Assembly: GCA_964016885.1 (NCBI GenBank)
Contig: OZ024741.1
Coordinates: 48,546,001-48,610,000 of the forward strand
Origin: Eledone cirrhosa
Taxonomy: Eukaryota
Length of the DNA stretch: 64,000 nt
Direction of reading: 5' to 3'
Shown: positions 25,501 to 40,500 of the stretch, piece after piece
Numbering within the stretch: position 1 is the stretch's first letter
How the letters are laid out: the number at the start of each line of letters is the position of its first letter
Translations under genes and position numbers: made by a program
Notes under the pieces: generated by a model
What the model was told of the DNA's origin: nothing
Seen by the model: only the letters and a program-made list of their open reading frames with translations
Databases searched by the model: none

Positions 25501-28500
25501 CTCCACTATTACAGTCTAAATATTCTCTGCTATTACAGTCTAAATATTCACTATTACAGTCTAAATATTCTCCGCTATTACAGTCTAAATATACTTCGCT
25601 ATTACGGTCTAAATATTCTCCGCTATTACAGTCTAAATATTCTACACTATTACAGTCTAAATATTCTTCATTACTACGGTCTAAATATTCTCCACTATTA
25701 CAGTCTAAATATTCTCCACTATTACAGTCTAAATATTCTTCATTACTACGTCTAAAAATTCTCCACTATTACAGTCTAAATATTCTCCACTATTACAGTC
25801 TAAATATTCTCCAATATTACAGTCTAAATATTCTCCACTACTACGGTCTAAATATTCTCCGCTATTACAGTCTAAATATTCTCCACTATTACAGTCTAAC
25901 TATTCTCCACTATTACAGTCTAAATATTCTCCGCTATTACAGTCTAAATATTCTTCACTATTAGTGTCTAAATATTCTCCACTATTACAGTCTAAATATT
26001 CTCCGCTATTACAGTCTAAATATTCTCCACTATTACAGTCTAAATATTCTTCACTACTACGGTCTAAATATTCTCCGCTATTACAGTCTAAATATTCTCC
26101 ACTATTACAGTCTAAATATTCTTCACTATTAGTGTCTAAATATTCTCCACTATTACAGTCTAAATATTCTCCGCTATTACAGTCTAAATATTCTCCACTA
26201 TTACAGTCTAAATATTCTCCGCTATTACAGTCTAAATATTCTCCACTATTACAGTCTAAATATTCTCCACTATTACAGTCTAAATATTTTCCACTATTAC
26301 AGTCTAAATATTCTCCACTATTACAGTCAAGATATTCTTCACTACTACGGTCTAAATATTCTCCACTATTACGGTCTAAATATTTTCCACTATTAGGGTG
26401 TAAATATTCTCCACTATTACAGTCTAAATATTCTACACTATTACAGTCTAAATATTCTCCACTATTACAGTCTAAATATTCTCCACTATTACAGTCTAAT
26501 TATTCTTCACTACTACGGTCTAAATATTCTCCACTATTACAGTCTAAATATTCTCCACTATTACAGTTTAAATATTCTCCACTATTACAGTCTAAATATT
26601 CTTCACTACTACGGTCTAAATATTCTACGCTATTACAGTCTAAAAATTCTCCACTATTACAGTCTAAATATTCTTCACAAATACGGTCTAAATATTCTCC
26701 ACTATTACAGTCTAAATATTCTCCACTATTACAGTCTAAATATTCTTCATTACTACGTCTAAATATTCTCCACTATTACAGTCTAAATATTCTCCACTAT
26801 TACAGTCTAAATATTCTCCGCTATTACAGTCTAAATATACTTCGCTACTACGGTCTAAATATTCTCCGCTATTACAGTCTAAATATTCTCCACTATTACA
26901 GTCTAAATATACTTCGCTACTACGGTCTAAATATTCTCCGCTATTACAGTCTAACTATTCTCCACTATTACAGTCTAAATATTCTCCGCTATTACAGTCT
27001 AAAATTCTCCACTATTACAGTCTAAATATTCTCCACTATTACAATCTAAATATTCTTCACTACTACGGTCTAAATATTCTCCACTATTACAGTCTAAATA
27101 TTCTCCAATATTACAGTCTAAATATTCTTCACTACTACGGTCTAAATATTCTCCGCTATTACAGTCTAAATATTCTTCACTATTAGTGTCTAAATATTCT
27201 CCACTATTACAGTCTAAATATTCTCCGCTATTACAGTCTAAATATTCTCCACTATTACAGTCTAAATATTCTTCACTACTATGGTCTAAATATTCTCCGC
27301 TATTACAGTCTAAATATTCTCCACTATTACAGTCCAAATATTCTTCACTATTAGGGTCTAAACATTCTCCACTATTACAGTCTAAATATTCTCCGCTATT
27401 ACAGTCTAAATATTCTCCACTATTACAGTCTAAATATTCTCCGCTATTACAGTCTAAATATTCTCCACTATTACAGTCTAAATATTCTTCACTACTATGG
27501 TCTAAATATTCTCCGCTATTACAGTCTAAATATTCTCCACTATTACAGTCTAAATATTCTCCACTATTACAGTCTAAATATTTTACACTATTACAGTGTA
27601 AATATTCTGCACTATTACAGTCTAGATATTCTGCACTACTACGGTCTAAATATTCTCCACTATTACGGTGTAAATAATTTCCACTATTAGGGTGTAAATA
27701 TTCTCCACTATTACAGTCTAAATATTCTCCACTATTACAGTCTAAATATTCTTCACTACTTTGGTCTAAATATTCTCCGCTATTACAGTCTAAATATTCT
27801 TCACTACTACGGTCTAAATATTCTTCACTATTACAGTCTAAATATTCTCCACTATTACAGTCTAAATATTCTCCACTATTACAGTCTAAATATTCTTCAC
27901 TACTACGGTCTAAATATTCTCTGCTATTACAGTCTAAAAATTCTCCACTATTACAGTCTAAATATTCTTCACAAATACGGTCTAAATATTCTCCACTATT
28001 ACAGTCTAAATATTCTCCACTATTACAGTCTAAATATTTTTCATTACTACGTCTAAATATTCTCCACTATTACAGTCTAAATATTCTGCACTATTACAGT
28101 CTAAATATTCTCCACTATTACAGTCTAAATATTCTTCACTACTACGGTGTAAATATTCTCCACTATTACAGTCTAAATATTTAACTATTACGGTCTAAAT
28201 ATTCTCCGCTATTACAGTCTTAATATACTTCGCTACTACGGTCTAAATATTCTCTGCTATTACAGTCGAAATATTCTCCACTATTACAGTCTAAATATTC
28301 TACATTACTACGGTCTATATATTCTCCACTATTACAGTCTAAATATTCTCCACTATTACAGTCTAAATATGCTTCATTACTACGTCTAGAAATTCTCCAC
28401 TATTACAGTCTAAATATTCTCCACTATTACAGTCTAAATATTCTCCACTATTACAGTCTAAATATTCTTCACTACTACGGTCTAAATATTCTCCACTATT

Positions 28501-31500
28501 ACAGTCTAAATATTCTCCAATATTACAGTCTAAATATTCTTCACTACTACGGTCTAAATATTCTCCGCTATTACAGTCTAAATATTCTCCACTATTACAG
28601 TCTAACTATTTTCCACTATTACAGTCTAAATATTCTCTGCTATTACAGTCTAAATATTCTTCACTATTAGTGTCTAAATATTCTCCACAATTACAGTCTA
28701 AATATTCTCCACAATTACAGTCTAAATATTCTCCACTATTACAGTCTAAATATTCTCCACTATTAGGGTCTAAATATTCTCCACTATTACAGTCTAAATA
28801 TTCTCAACTATTACAGTCTAAATATTCTCAACTATTAAAGGCTAAATATTCTCCACTATTACAGTCTAAATATTCTCCACTATTACAGTCTAAATATTCT
28901 CCACTATTACAGTCTAGATATTCTCCACTATTACAGTCTAAGTATTCTCCGCTATTACAGTCTAAAGATTCTCCGCTATTACAGTCTAAATATTCTCCGC
29001 TATTACAGTCTAAATATTCTCCGCTATTACAGTCTAAATATTCTCCAATATTACAGTCTAATTATTCTCTACTATTACAGTCTAAATATTCTCAACTATT
29101 ACAGTCTAAATATTCTCCACTATTACAGTCTAAATATTCTTCACTACTACGGTCTAAATATTCTCCACTATTACAGTCTAAATATTCTCCACTATTACAG
29201 TCTAAATATTATTCACTACTACGGTCTAAATATTCTCCGCTATTACAGTCTAAATATTCTCCACTATTACAGTCTAAATATTCTTCATTAATAGGGTCTA
29301 AATATTCTCCACAATTACAGTCTAAATATTCTCCGCTATTACAGTCTAAATATTCTCCACTATTACAGTCTAAATATTCTCCGCTATTACAGTCTAAATA
29401 TTCTCCACTATTACAGTCTAAATATTCTTCACTACTACGGTCTAAATATTCTCCGCTATTACAGTCTAAATATTCTCCACTATTACAGTCTAAATATTCA
29501 CCACTATTACAGTCTAAATATTCTCCACTATTACAGTCTAAATATTCTCCACTATTACAGTCTAGATATTCTCCACTATTACAGTCTAAATATTCTTCAC
29601 TACTACGGTCTAAATATTCTCCACTATTACGGTCTAAATATTTTCCACTCTTAGGGTCTAAATATCCTCCACTATTACAGTCTAAATATTCTCCACTATT
29701 ACAGTCTAAATATTCTCCGCTATTACAGTCTAAATATTCTTCACTACTACGGTCTAAATATTCTTCACTATTACAGTCTAAATATTCTCCACTATTACAG
29801 TCTAATTATTCTCCACCATTACAGTCTAAATATTCTTCACTACTACGGTCTAAATATTCTCTGCTATTACAGTCTAAATATTCTCCACTATTACAGTATA
29901 AATATTCTTCGCTACTACGGTCTAAATATTCTCCGCTATTACAGTCTAAATATTCTCCACTATTACAGTCTAAAAATTCTTCATTACTACGGTCTAAATA
30001 TTCTCCACTACTACGGTCTAAATATTCTCCGCTATTACAGTCTAAATATTCTCCACTATTACAGTCTAAATATTCACCACTATTACAGTCTAAATATTCT
30101 CCACTATTACAGTCTAAATATTCTCCACTATTACAGTCTAGATATTCTCCACTATTACAGTCTAAATATTCTTCACTACTACGGTCTAAATATTCTCCAC
30201 TATTACAGTCTAAATATTTTCCACTATTAGGGTCTAAATATTCTCCACTATTACAGTCTAAATATTCTCCACTATTACAGTCTAAATATTCTCCGCTATT
30301 ACAGTCTAAATATTCTTCACTACTACGGTCTAAATATTCTTCACTATTACAGTCTAAATATTCTTCACTACTACGGTCTAAATATTCACCGCTATTACAG
30401 TCTAAATATTCTCCACTATTACAGTCTAAAAATTCTTCATTACTACGGTCTAAATATTCTCCACTATTACAGTCTAAATATTCTCCGCTATTACAGTCTA
30501 AATATTCTCCCATATTACAGTCTAAATATTCTCCACTATTACAGTCTAAATATTCTCAGCTATTACAATCTAAATATTCTCCGCTATTACAGTCTAAATA
30601 TTCTCCGCTATTACAGTCTAAATATTCTCCGCTATTACAGTTTAAATATTCTCCGCTACTACAGTCTAAATATTCTCCGCTATTACAGTCTAAATATTCT
30701 CCACTATTACAGTCTAAATATTCTCCACTATTACAGTCTAAATATTCTCCAATATTACGATCTAAATATTCTCCACTATTACGGTCTAAATATTCTCCAC
30801 TATTACAGTCTAAATATTCTTCACTACTATGGTCTAAATACTCTCCACTATTACAGTCTAAATATTCTTCACTACTACGGTCTAAATATTCTCCCCTATT
30901 ACAGTCTAAATATTCTCCACTATTACAGTCTAAATATTCTCCATTATTACAGTCTAAATATTCTCCACTATTACAGTCTAAATATTCTTCACTACTACGG
31001 TCTAAATATTCTCCCCTATTACAGTCTAAATATTCTCCACTATTACAGTCTAAATATTCTTCACTACTACGGTCTAAATATTCTCCGCTATTACAGTCTA
31101 AATATTCTCCACTATTACAGTCTAAATATTCACCACTATTACAGTCTAAATATTCTCCACTATTACAGTCTAAATATTCTCCACTATTACAGTCTAGATA
31201 TTCTCCACTATTACAGTCTAAATATTCTTCACTACTACGGTCTAAATATTTTCCACTATTAGGGTCTAAATATTCTCCACTATTACAGCCTAAATATTCT
31301 CCACTATTACAGTCTAAATATTCTCCGCTATTACAGTCTAAATATTCTTCACTACTACGGTCTAAATATTCTTCACTATTACAGTCTAAATATTCTTCAC
31401 TACTACGGTCTAAATATTCACCGCTATTACAGTCTAAATATTCTCCACTATTACAGTCTAAATATTCTTCATTACTACGGTCTAAATATTCTCCACTATT

Positions 31501-34500
31501 ACAGCCTAAATATTCTCCACTATTACAGTCTAGATATACTCCACTATTACAGTCTAAATATTCTTCACTACTACGGTCTAAATATTCTCCACTATTACGG
31601 TCTAAATATTTTCCACTATTAGGGTCTAAATATTCTCCACTATTACAGTCTAAATATTCTCCACTATTACAGTCTAAATATTCTCCGCTATTACAGTCTA
31701 AATATTCTTCACTACTACGGTCTAAATATTCTTCACTATTACAGTCTAAATATTCTCCACTATTACAGTCAAAATATTCTCCACTATTACAGTCTAAATA
31801 TTCTTCACAACTACGGTCTAAATATTCTCCGCTATTACAGTCTAAATATTCTCCACTATTACAGTGTAAATATTCTTCGCTACGACGGTCTAAATATTCT
31901 CCGCTATTACAGTCTAAATATTCTCCACTATTACAGTCTAAAAATTCTTCATTACTACGGTCTAAATATTCTCCACTATTACAGTCTAAATATTCTCCGC
32001 TATTACAGTCTAAATATTCTCCCCTATTACAGTCTAAATATTCTCCACTATTACAGTCTAAATATTCTCCGCTATTACAATCTAAATATTCTCCGCTATT
32101 ACAGTCTAAATATTCTCCGCTATTACAGTCTAAATATTCTCCGCTATTACAGTTTAAATATTCTCCGCTATTACAGTCTAAATATTCTCTACTATTACAG
32201 TCTAAATATTCTCCACTATTACAGTCTAAATATTCTCCACTATTACAGTCTAAATATTCTCCACTATTACGATCTAAATATTCTCCACTATTACGGTCTA
32301 AATATTCTCCACTATTACAGTCTAAATATTCTTCACTACTACGGTCTAAATACTCTCCACTATTACAGTCTAAATATTCCCACTATTACAGTCTAAATAT
32401 TCTCCACTATTACATTCTAAGTATTATCCACTATTACAGTCTAAATATTCTCCACTATTACAGTCTAAATATTCTTCACTACTACGGTCTAAATATTCTC
32501 CGCTATTACAGTCTAAATATTCTCCACTATTACAGTCTAAATATTCACCACTATTACAGTCTAAATATTCTCCACTATTACAGTCTAAATATTCTCCACT
32601 ATTACAGTCTAGATATTCTCCACTATTACAGTCTAAATATTCTTCACTACTACGGTCTAAATATTCTCCACTATTACAGTCTAAATATTTTCCACTATTA
32701 GGGTCTAAATATTCTCCACTATTACAGTCTAAATATTCTCCACTATTACAGTCTAAATATTCTCCGCTATTACAGTCTAAATATTCTTCACTACTACGGT
32801 CTAAATATTCTTCACTATTACAGTCTAAATATTCTTCACTACTACGGTCTAAATATTCACCGCTATTACAGTCTAAATATTCTCCACTATTACAGTCTAA
32901 AAATTCTTCATTACTACGGTCTAAATATTCTCCACTATTACAGTCTAAATATTCTCCGCTATTACAGTCTAAATATTCTCCCATATTACAGTCTAAATAT
33001 TCTCCACTATTACAGTCTAAATATTCTCAGCTATTACAATCTAAATATTCTCCGCTATTACAGTCTAAATATTCTCCGCTATTACAGTCGAAATATTCTC
33101 CGCTATTACAGTTTAAATATTCTCCGCTACTACAGTCTAAATATTCTCCGCTATTACAGTCTAAATATTCTCCACTATTACAGTGTAAATATTCTCCACT
33201 ATTACAGTCTAAATTTTCTCCATTATTACGATCTAAATATTCTCCACTATTACGGTCTAAATATTCTCCACTATTACAGTCTAAATATTCTTCACTACTA
33301 TGGTCTAAATACTCTCCACTATTACAGTCTAAATATTCTTCACTACTACGGTCTAAATATTCTCCACTATTACAGTCTAAATATTCTCCAATATTACAGT
33401 CTAAATATTCTTCACTACTACGGTCTCAATATTCTCCGCTATTACAGTCTAAATATTCTCCACTATTACAGTCTAACTATTCTCCACTATTACAGTCTAA
33501 ATATTCTCCACTATTACAGTCTAAATATTCTCCATTATTACAGTCTAAATATTCTCCACTATTACAGTCTAAATATTCTTCACTACTACGTTCTAAATAT
33601 TCTCCCCTATTACAGTCTAAATATTCTCCACTATTACAGTCTAAATATTCTTCACTACTACGGTCTAAATATTCTCCGCTATTACAGTCTAAATATTCTC
33701 CACTATTACAGTCTAAATATTCACCACTATTACAGTCTAAATATTCTCCACTATTACAGTCTAAATATTCTCCACTATTACAGTCTAGATATTCTCCACT
33801 ATTACAGTCTAAATATTCTTCACTACTACGGTCTAAATATTTTCCACTATTAGGGTCTAAATATTCTCCACTATTACAGCCTAAATATTCTCCACTATTA
33901 CAGTCTAAATATTCTCCGCTATTACAGTCTAAATATTCTTCACTACTACGGTCTAAATATTCTTCACTATTACAGTCTAAATATTCTTCACTACTACGGT
34001 CTAAATATTCACCGCTATTACAGTCTAAATATTCTCCACTATTACAGTCTAAAAATTCTTCATTACTACGGTCTAAATATTCTCCACTATTACAGCCTAA
34101 ATATTCTCCACTATTACAGTCTAGATATACTCCACTATTACAGTCTAAATATTCTTCACTACTACGGTCTAAATATTCTCCACTATTACGGTCTAAATAT
34201 TTTCCACTATTAGGGTCTAAATATTCTCCACTATTACAGTCTAAATATTCTCCACTATTACAGTCTAAATATTCTCCGCTATTACAGTCTAAATATTCTT
34301 CACTACTACGGTCTAAATATTCTTCACTATTACAGTCTAAATATTCTCCACTATTACAGTCTAAATATTCTCCACTATTACAGTCTAAATATTCTTCACA
34401 ACTACGGTCTAAATATTCTCCGCTATTACAGTCTAAATATTCTCCACTATTACAGTGTAAATATTCTTCGCTACGACGGTCTAAATATTCTCCGCTATTA

Positions 34501-37500
34501 CAGTCTAAATATTCTCCACTATTACAGTCTAAAAATTCTTCATTACTACGGTCTAAATATTCTCCACTATTACAGTCTAAATATTCTCCGCTATTACAGT
34601 CTAAATATTCTCCCCTATTACAGTCTAAATATTCTCCACTATTACAGTCTAAATATTCTCCGCTATTACAATCTAAATATTCTCCGCTATTACAGTCTAA
34701 ATATTCTCCGCTATTACAGTCTAAATATTCTCCGCTATTACAGTTTAAATATTCTCCGCTATTACAGTCTAAATATTCTCTACTATTACAGTCTAAATAT
34801 TCTCCACTATTACAGTCTAAATATTCTCCACTATTACAGTCTAAATATTCTCCACTATTACGATCTAAATATTCTCCACTATTACGGTCTAAATATTCTC
34901 CACTATTACAGTCTAAATATTCTTCACTACTACGGTCTAAATACTCTCCACTATTACAGTCTAAATATTCCCACTATTACAGTCTAAATATTCTCCACTA
35001 TTACATTCTAAGTATTATCCACTATTACAGTCTAAATATTCTCCACTATTACAGTCTAAATATTCTTCACTACTACGGTCGAAATACTCGCCTCTATTAC
35101 AGTCTAAATATTCTCCACTATTACAGTCTAAATATTCTCCACTATTACAGTCTAAATATTCTCCACTATTACGATCTAAATATTCTCCACTATTACGGTC
35201 TAAATATTCTCCACTATTACAGTCTAAATATTCTTCACTACTACGGTCTAAATACTCTCCACTATTACAGTCTAAATATTCCCACTATTACAGTCTAAAT
35301 ATTCTCCACTATTACATTCTAAGTATTATCCACTATTACAGTCTAAATATTCTCCACTATTACAGTCTAAATATTCTTCACTACTACGGTCGAAATACTC
35401 TCCTCTATTACAGTCTAAATATTCTCCACTATTACAGTCTAAATATTCTCCACTATTACAGTCTATATATTCTTCACTACTACGGTCTAAATATTCTCCA
35501 CTATTACGGTCTAAATATTTTCCACTATTAGGGTCGAAATATTCTCCACTATTACAGTCTAAATATTCTCCACTATTACAGTTTAAATATTCTCCGCTAT
35601 TACAGTCTAAATATTCTTCACTACTACGGTCTAAATATTCTTCACTATTACAGTCTAAATATTCTCCACTATTACAGTCTAAATATTCTCCACTATTACA
35701 GTCTAAATATTCTTCACAACTACGGTCTAAATATTCTCCGCTATTACAGTCTAAATATTCTCCACTATTACAGTGTAAATATTCTTCGCTACGACGGTCT
35801 AAATATTCTCCGCTATTACAGTCTAAATATTCTCCACTATTACAGTCTAAAAATTCTTCATTACTACGGTCTAAATATTCTCCACTATTACAGTCTAAAT
35901 ATTCTCCGCTATTACAGTCTAAATATTCTCCCCTATTACAGTCTAAATATTCTCCACTATTACAGTCTAAATATTCTCCGCTATTACAATCTAAATATTC
36001 TCCGCTATTACAGTCTAAATATTCTCCGCTATTACAGTTTAAATATTCTCCGCTATTACAGTCTAAATATTCTCTACTATTACAGTCTAAATATTCTCCA
36101 CTATTACAGTCTAAATATTCTCCACTATTACAGTCTAAATATTCTCCACTATTACGATCTAAATATTCTCCACTATTACGGTCTAAATATTCTCCACTAT
36201 TACAGTCTAAATATTCTTCACTACTACGGTCTAAATACTCTCCACTATTACAGTCTAAATATTCCCACTATTACAGTCTAAATATTCTCCACTATTACAT
36301 TCTAAGTATTATCCACTATTACAGTCTAAATATTCTCCACTATTACAGTCTAAATATTCTTCACTACTACGGTCGAAATACTCTCCTCTATTACAGTCTA
36401 AATATTCTCCACTATTACAGTCTAAATATTCTACACTATTACAGTCTATATATTCTTCACTACTACGGTCTAAATATTCTCCGCTATTACAGTCTAAAAA
36501 TTCTCCACTATTACAGTCTAAATATTCTTCACAAATACGGTCTAAATATTCTCCACTATTACAGTCTAAATATTCTCCACTATTACAGTCTAAATATTCT
36601 TCATTACTACGTCTAAAAATTATCCACTATTACAGTCTAAATATTCTCCATTATTACAGTCTAAATATTCTCCACTATTACAGTCTAAATATTCTTCACT
36701 ACTACGGTCTAAATATTCTCCGCTATTACAGTCTAAATATTCTCCACTATTACAGTCTAAATATTCACCACAATTACAGTCTAAATATTCTCCACTATTA
36801 CCGTCTAAATATTCTCCACTATTACAGTCTAGATATTCTCCGCTATTACAGTCTAAATATTCTTCACTACTACGGTCAAAATATTCTCCACTATTACGGT
36901 CTAAATATTTTCCACTATTAGGGTCTAAATATTCTCCACTATTACCCTCTAAATATTCTCCACTATTACAGTCTAAATATTCTCCGCTATTACAGTCTAA
37001 ATATTCTTCACTACTACGGTCTAAATATTCTTCACTATTACAGTCTAAATATTCTTCACTACTACGGTCTAAATATTCTCCGCTATTACAGTCTAAATAT
37101 TCTCCTCTATTACAGTATAAATATTCTTCGCTACTACGGTCTAAATATTCTCCGTTATTACAGTCTAAATATTCTCCACTATTACAGTCTAAAAATTCTT
37201 CATTACTACGGTCTAAATATTCTCCACTATTACAGTCTAAATATTCTCCGCTATTACAGTCTAAATATTCTCCCCTATTACAGTCTAAATATTCTCCGCT
37301 ATTACAGTTTAAATATTCTCCGCTACTACAGTCTAAATATTCTCCGCTATTACAGTCTAAATATTCTCCACTATTACAGTCTAAATATTCTCCACTATTA
37401 CAGTCTAAATATTCTCCATTATTACGATCTAAATATTCTCCACTATTACGGTCTAAATATTCTCCACTATTACAGTCTAAATATTCTTCACTACTACGGT

Positions 37501-40500
37501 CTAAATACTCTCCACTATTACAGTCTAAATATTCTCCACTACTACGGTCTAAATATTCTCCACTATTACAGTCTAAATATTCTCCAATATTACAGTCTAA
37601 ATATTCTTCACTACTACGGTCTCAATATTCTCCGCTATTACAGTCTAAATATTCTGCACTATTACAGTCTAACTATTCTCCACTATTACAGTCTAAATAT
37701 TCTCCGCTATTACAGTCTAAATATTCTTCACTAATAGTGTCTAAATATTCTCCACTATTACAGTCTAAATATTCTCCGCTATTACAGTCTAAATATTCAC
37801 AACTATTACAGTCTAAATATTCTTCACTACTACTGTCTAAATATTCTCCGCTATTACAATCTAAATGTTCTCCACTATTACAGTCTAAATATTCTCCACT
37901 ATTACAGTCTAAATATTCTCCACTATTAGGGTCTAAATACTCTCCACTATTACAGTCTAAATATTCTCAACTATTACAGTCTAAATATTCTCAACTATTA
38001 CGGTCTAAATATTTTCCACTATTAGGGTCTAAATATTCTCCACTATTACAGTCTAAATATTCTCCACTATTACAGTCTAAATATTCTCCGCTATTACAGT
38101 CTAAATATTCTTCACTACTACGGTCTAAATATTCTTCACTATTACAGTCTAAATATTCTCCACTATTACAGTCTAAATATTCTCCACTATTACAGTCTAA
38201 ATATTCTCCACTACTACGGTCTAAATATTCTCCGCTATTACAGTCTAAATATTCTCCACTATTACAGTGTAAATATTCTTCGCTACGACGGTCTAAATAT
38301 TCTCCGCTATTACAGTCTAAATATTCTCCACTATTACAGTCTAAAAATTCTTCATTACTACGGTGTAAATATTCTCCACTATTACAGTCTAAATATTCTC
38401 CGCTATTACAGTCTAAATATTCTCCCCTATTACAGTCTAAATATTCTCCACTATTACAGTCTAAATATTCTCCGCTATTACAATCTAAATATTCTCCGCT
38501 ATTACAGTCTAAATATTCTCCGCTATTACAGTCTAAATATTCTCCGCTATTACAGTTTAAATATTCTCCGCTATTACAGTCTAAATATTTTCCACTATTA
38601 CAGTCTAAATATTCTCCACTATTACAGTCTAAATAGTCTCCACTATTACAGTCTAAATATTCTCCACTATTACGATCTAAATATTCTCCACTATTACGGT
38701 CTAAATATTCTCCACTATTACAGTCTAAATATTATTCACTACTACGGTCTAAATACTCTCCACTATTACAGTCTAAATATTCTCCACTATTACAGTCTAA
38801 ATATTCTCCACTATTACATTCTAAGTATTATCCACTATTACAGTCTAAATATTCTCCACTATTACAGTCTAAATATTCTTCACTACTACGGTCGAAATAT
38901 TCTCCTCTATTACAGTCTAAATATTCTCCACTATTACAGTCTAAATATTCTCCACTATTACAGTCTAAATATTCTTCACTACTACGGTCTAAATATTCTC
39001 CGCTATTACAGTCTAAAAATTCTCCACTATTACAGTCTAAATATTCTTCACAAATACGGTCTAAATATTCTCCACTATTACAGTCTAAATATTCTCCACT
39101 ATTACAGTCTAAATATTCTTCATTACTACGTCTAAAAATTATCCACTATTACAGTCTAAATATTCTCCATTATTACAGTCTAAATATTCTCCACTATTAC
39201 AGTCTAAATATTCTCCACTATTACAGTCTAGATATTCTCCACTATTACAGTCTAAATATTCTTCACTACTACGGTCTAAATATTCTCCACTATTACGGTC
39301 TAAATATTTTCCACTATTAGGGTCTAAATATTCTCCACTATTACAGTCTAAATATTCTCCACTATTACAGTCTAAATATTCTCCGCTATTACAGTCTAAA
39401 TATTCTTCACTACTACGGTCTAAATATTCTTCACTATTACAGTATAAATATTCTTCACTACTACGGTCTAAATATTCTCCACTATTACAGTCTAAAAATT
39501 CCTCATTACTACGGTCTAAATATTCTCCACTATTACAGTCTAAATATTCTCCGCTATTACAGTCTAAATATTCTCCCCTATTAGAGTCTAAATATTCTCC
39601 ACTATTACAGTCTAAATATTCTCAGCTATTACAATCTAAATATTCTCCGCTATTACACTCTAAATATTCTCCGCTATTACAGTCTAAATATTCTCCGCTA
39701 TTACAGTTTAAATATTCTCCGCTACTACAGTCTAAATATTCTCCGCTATTACAGTCTAAATATTCTCCACTCTTACAGTCTAAATATTCCCACTATTACA
39801 GTCTAAATATTCTCCACTATTACATTCTAAGTATTATCCACTATTACAGTCTAAATATTCTCCCCTATTACAGTCTAAATATTCTTCACTACTACGGTCG
39901 AAATACTCTCCTCTATTACAGTCTAAATATTCTCCACTATTACAGTCTAAATATTCTACACTATTACAGTCTATATATTCTTCACTACTACGGTCTAAAT
40001 ATTCTCCGCTATTACAGTCTAAAAATTCTCCACTATTACAGTCTAAATATTCTTCACAAATACGGTCTAAATATTCTCCACTATTACAGTCTAAATATTC
40101 TCCACTATTACAGTCTAAATATTCTTCATTACTACGTCTAAAAATTATCCCCTATTACAGTCTAAATATTCTCCATTATTACAGTCTAAATATTCTCCAC
40201 TATTACAGTCTAAATATTCTTCACTACTACGGTCTAAATATTCTCCGCTATTACAGTCTAAATATTCTCCACTATTACAGTCTAAATATTCACCGCTATT
40301 ACAGTCTAAATATTCTACACTATTACCGTCTAAATATTCTCCACTATTACAGTCTAGATATTCTCCACTATTACAGTCTAAATATTCTTCACTACTACGG
40401 TCAAAATATTCTCCACTATTACGGTCTAAATATTTTCCACTATTAGGGTCTAAATATTCTCCACTATTACAGTCTAAATATTCTCCACTATTACAGTCTA